From NCBI GenBank assembly GCA_951813255.1, contig OX638353.1, forward strand, positions 3,084,782-3,148,781: DNA of 64,000 nucleotides. The letters run 5' to 3'. This document shows positions 62,352 through 64,000 of the stretch, piece by piece. The DNA comes from an uncultured Dehalococcoidia bacterium (GTDB lineage Bacteria > Chloroflexota > Dehalococcoidia > Lucifugimonadales > JAAXIE01). The notes beneath the pieces are model-generated. The model had not been told where the DNA came from, ran no database searches, and saw nothing but the letters and a program-made list of their open reading frames with translations. Position 1 is the first letter of the stretch; each line of letters starts with the position of its first letter. The position numbers were made by a program, and so were the translations under genes.

Positions 62352-63320
62352 TTATCCTCCAGCTGAGGCGATGCGGTCCGACAACCGCCGGGCTGCTGCC
62401 TGGGGGTCGGTGGCAAGGCCGATGGCGCTGCTGACGCAGAGTGCGTCGGCTCCTGCCTGCACCACCTCGGTAACGTTGTCTTCGTTGATGCCGCCAATGG
62501 CTACGACTTTGGCCGGGATTTCCTGGGCCGCGAGGGTTGCCTTGATGCGACGCACCGGCTCGCAGCCAACGGGAGCGCGACCAGTTGACTTGGTGCCTGT
62601 GGGGTAGATGGGCCCGATGGCGATGTGGTCTGCGCCTTGGGCCGCTGACTCAGTGGCGTGGTCGGGGGTGGGATTCGAGCGGCCCAGTAGCTGGGAAGGC
62701 CGCAGCATTTTGCGGGCTTCACCTATGGGCAGGTCCGTCTGCCCCACATGCAGCCCGTCGGCCTCCGAGAGCCGGGCGACATCGGCATGGTCGTTGATGA
62801 TGAGCAGGGCCCCATGCTGATGGCACAGGCGTTGCAGGTCGCGGGCGAGGGGGAAGATCATTCCCTTGTCGCGAAGCTTGTCGCGTAATTGCAGGACCCG
62901 AACGCCGCCAGCCAAGGCGGCGGCGGTGACCTCGACGGGGTGTCGACCGGCAGTCACTTCGGGGTCGATGATGAAGTAGAGGCCGCGGAGACGCTGGGCG
63001 CGGTCCTGACGCCAGCGGGCACCGACCTCCCGGTGCATGGCCTCCAAGGCGGTGCCGATGGCGGGGGTCCAGTTTCCCAAGCGGACGGTAAGGTCGCGCA
63101 GGACGCTGCGGGTGGTGGTGAGCATGTCCCAGATGCTGCCGAAGGAGGGGACGGCGCCCAAGGTCTCGTGGGGTACAACGGACAACTCGGGGGGGGTGGC
63201 GGAGGCGAGATTCCGGGCCAGTTCGTCGGATAAACCGAGTTGGCCCCAACCTTCGGTCAGAGCTTGGAGGCACTCGGCGAAGTATGCCAAGCCAGCTGTA
63301 GTGTCGAGGGGTGTGGTCAC
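62352..63320 (-). CDS. thiE: thiamine-phosphate synthase with an N-terminal extension of about 110 aa
   Basis: The C-terminal ~210 aa is ThiE-like (LYFIIDPEV, VLQLRDK, LIINDHADVA, GRSNPT, GPIYPTGTK, AIGGI). The N-terminal 110 aa has no recognised motif. Confidence 0.8.
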   Translation of the reverse strand: MTTPLDTTAGLAYFAECLQALTEGWGQLGLSDELARNLASATPPELSVVPHETLGAVPSFGSIWDMLTTTRSVLRDLTVRLGNWTPAIGTALEAMHREVGARWRQDRAQRLRGLYFIIDPEVTAGRHPVEVTAAALAGGVRVLQLRDKLRDKGMIFPLARDLQRLCHQHGALLIINDHADVARLSEADGLHVGQTDLPIGEARKMLRPSQLLGRSNPTPDHATESAAQGADHIAIGPIYPTGTKSTGRAPVGCEPVRRIKATLAAQEIPAKVVAIGGINEDNVTEVVQAGADALCVSSAIGLATDPQAAARRLSDRIASAGG

Positions 63321-63658
63321 AGATCCATTCCCTTGGGCAGATCGCCGTCGCGGGCTGCCTTGATAGTTTCCTGTACGCTGTCGGGGACATCCATGCCGTG
63401 TTTGCGGAAGGACTCTTCGACGTTGCGGCCTATGTTGCGCGGGTCGCTGTAGTAGTTGGGGTCAGCGTAGCCGGGTGGCGGGCCGGACTCCTGGTGGATG
63501 GTGGCAACGGATTTATGGTGGGCAAAGGAGGAGATGAGGCGTCGCATATTGGCAGAGGCGCAATGGGAGCACTGGGCCTCGACCTCCTGGCCCACTGACT
63601 TGGTAAGGACTGAGGAGCGCTTTCCGCATTCGAGGCAACGGTACTCATATATGGGCAT
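63317..63658 (-). CDS. FmdB-family zinc-ribbon protein
   Basis: MPIYEYRCLECG...CSHC (CxxC-x17-CxxC). Overlaps the thiE start by 4 bp. Confidence 0.7.
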   Translation of the reverse strand: MPIYEYRCLECGKRSSVLTKSVGQEVEAQCSHCASANMRRLISSFAHHKSVATIHQESGPPPGYADPNYYSDPRNIGRNVEESFRKHGMDVPDSVQETIKAARDGDLPKGMDL

Positions 63659-63672
63659 GCAGGTCTCCCGGT

Positions 63673-64000
63673 CTACTCGAAGTCGTCGTAGCTGTCGTCC
63701 GAGCTGAAGCCGTGTTCTTCGGCGAAGGCCTCGGCTTCCAATTCGTCGATGGTGTGGTCGAAGTCGGGACCGACTGCACCGCTCAGTTCGCGGCGCATGT
63801 GCCTGAGATAGGCTGCCATCTCGCGGGGGTCGCCGTCGTCACCGCCCAGGCCTGTGGTGTCGGGGAGGCTGTCACCCCAGGACTTGTGGATGGCGACCCT
63901 GGAGATCAGCTTGGACATATCCTGCCCACCGCAGTGGTCGCATTTAGGGGCAGGCTCTTCGGAGAAAGTGCGCACCAGCACCGAGGAGCGGCGACGGCAG
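63673..64000 (-). CDS. FmdB-family zinc-ribbon protein, 5' end beyond the window
   Basis: The in-frame sequence ...CRRRSSVLVRTFSEEPAPKCDHCG runs to the window edge and aligns with CGKRSSVLTKSV...CSHC of the neighbour. Acidic C-terminal tail. Confidence 0.6.
   Translation of the reverse strand, partial: CRRRSSVLVRTFSEEPAPKCDHCGGQDMSKLISRVAIHKSWGDSLPDTTGLGGDDGDPREMAAYLRHMRRELSGAVGPDFDHTIDELEAEAFAEEHGFSSDDSYDDFE

Noticed and set aside
61604-63390. 297-aa and 223-aa Arg/Pro-rich minus-strand ORFs
   Set aside because: Alternative frames of the translin-like and thiE genes. The composition indicates off-frame translation.

Overview
High-GC bacterial chromosomal window (roughly 60% or more by eye). 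The gene content includes several LLM flavin oxidoreductases, MmgE/PrpD, M20 amidohydrolases, alpha/beta hydrolases, lipoprotein solute-binding proteins with Ala/Pro tethers, a translin-family gene and a membrane pyrophosphatase. This is reminiscent of a monoderm Chloroflexota (SAR202-like) organism, but lineage is inference only. Housekeeping blocks are mnmA-rnhB-yraN, rsfS, ndk, tsaB-tsaE-thiL, valS, coaBC-coaX, tRNA-Gly(UCC), hppA and thiE. Two catabolic clusters lie at about 1-8.7 kb and 49-58.4 kb. Several small accessory islets interrupt these, some visibly AT-richer. (1) 9.2-11.4 kb: a methyltransferase / hyper-acidic 121-aa ORF / PD-(D/E)xK nuclease operon, followed by a DUF2283 pair. 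(2) 16.9-18.45 kb: a RelE-type pair and an MNT-HEPN pair, stacked between three diverged copies of the 3' end of the neighbouring amidase gene. (3) 30.76-31.49 kb: a Panacea/DUF4065 gene coupled to a hyper-acidic 89-aa ORF. (4) 34.9-36.3 kb: an internally duplicated GIY-YIG-like protein plus a DUF2283 gene. (5) 39.2-44.9 kb: a degraded phage- or satellite-like islet that keeps only small and large terminase genes. These are preceded by a regular array of six 18-19 bp motifs (three pairs at an exact 156-bp period), a candidate cos/pac or iteron region. Also present are three tandem paralogous family-5 SBP lipoprotein genes, each with its own conserved promoter-like box and near-identical terminator hairpin and no transporter genes nearby. 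Two stand-alone retropepsin-like genes are present, and hppA probably starts at an ATT codon. All family calls come from motif recognition by eye; no database search was possible.
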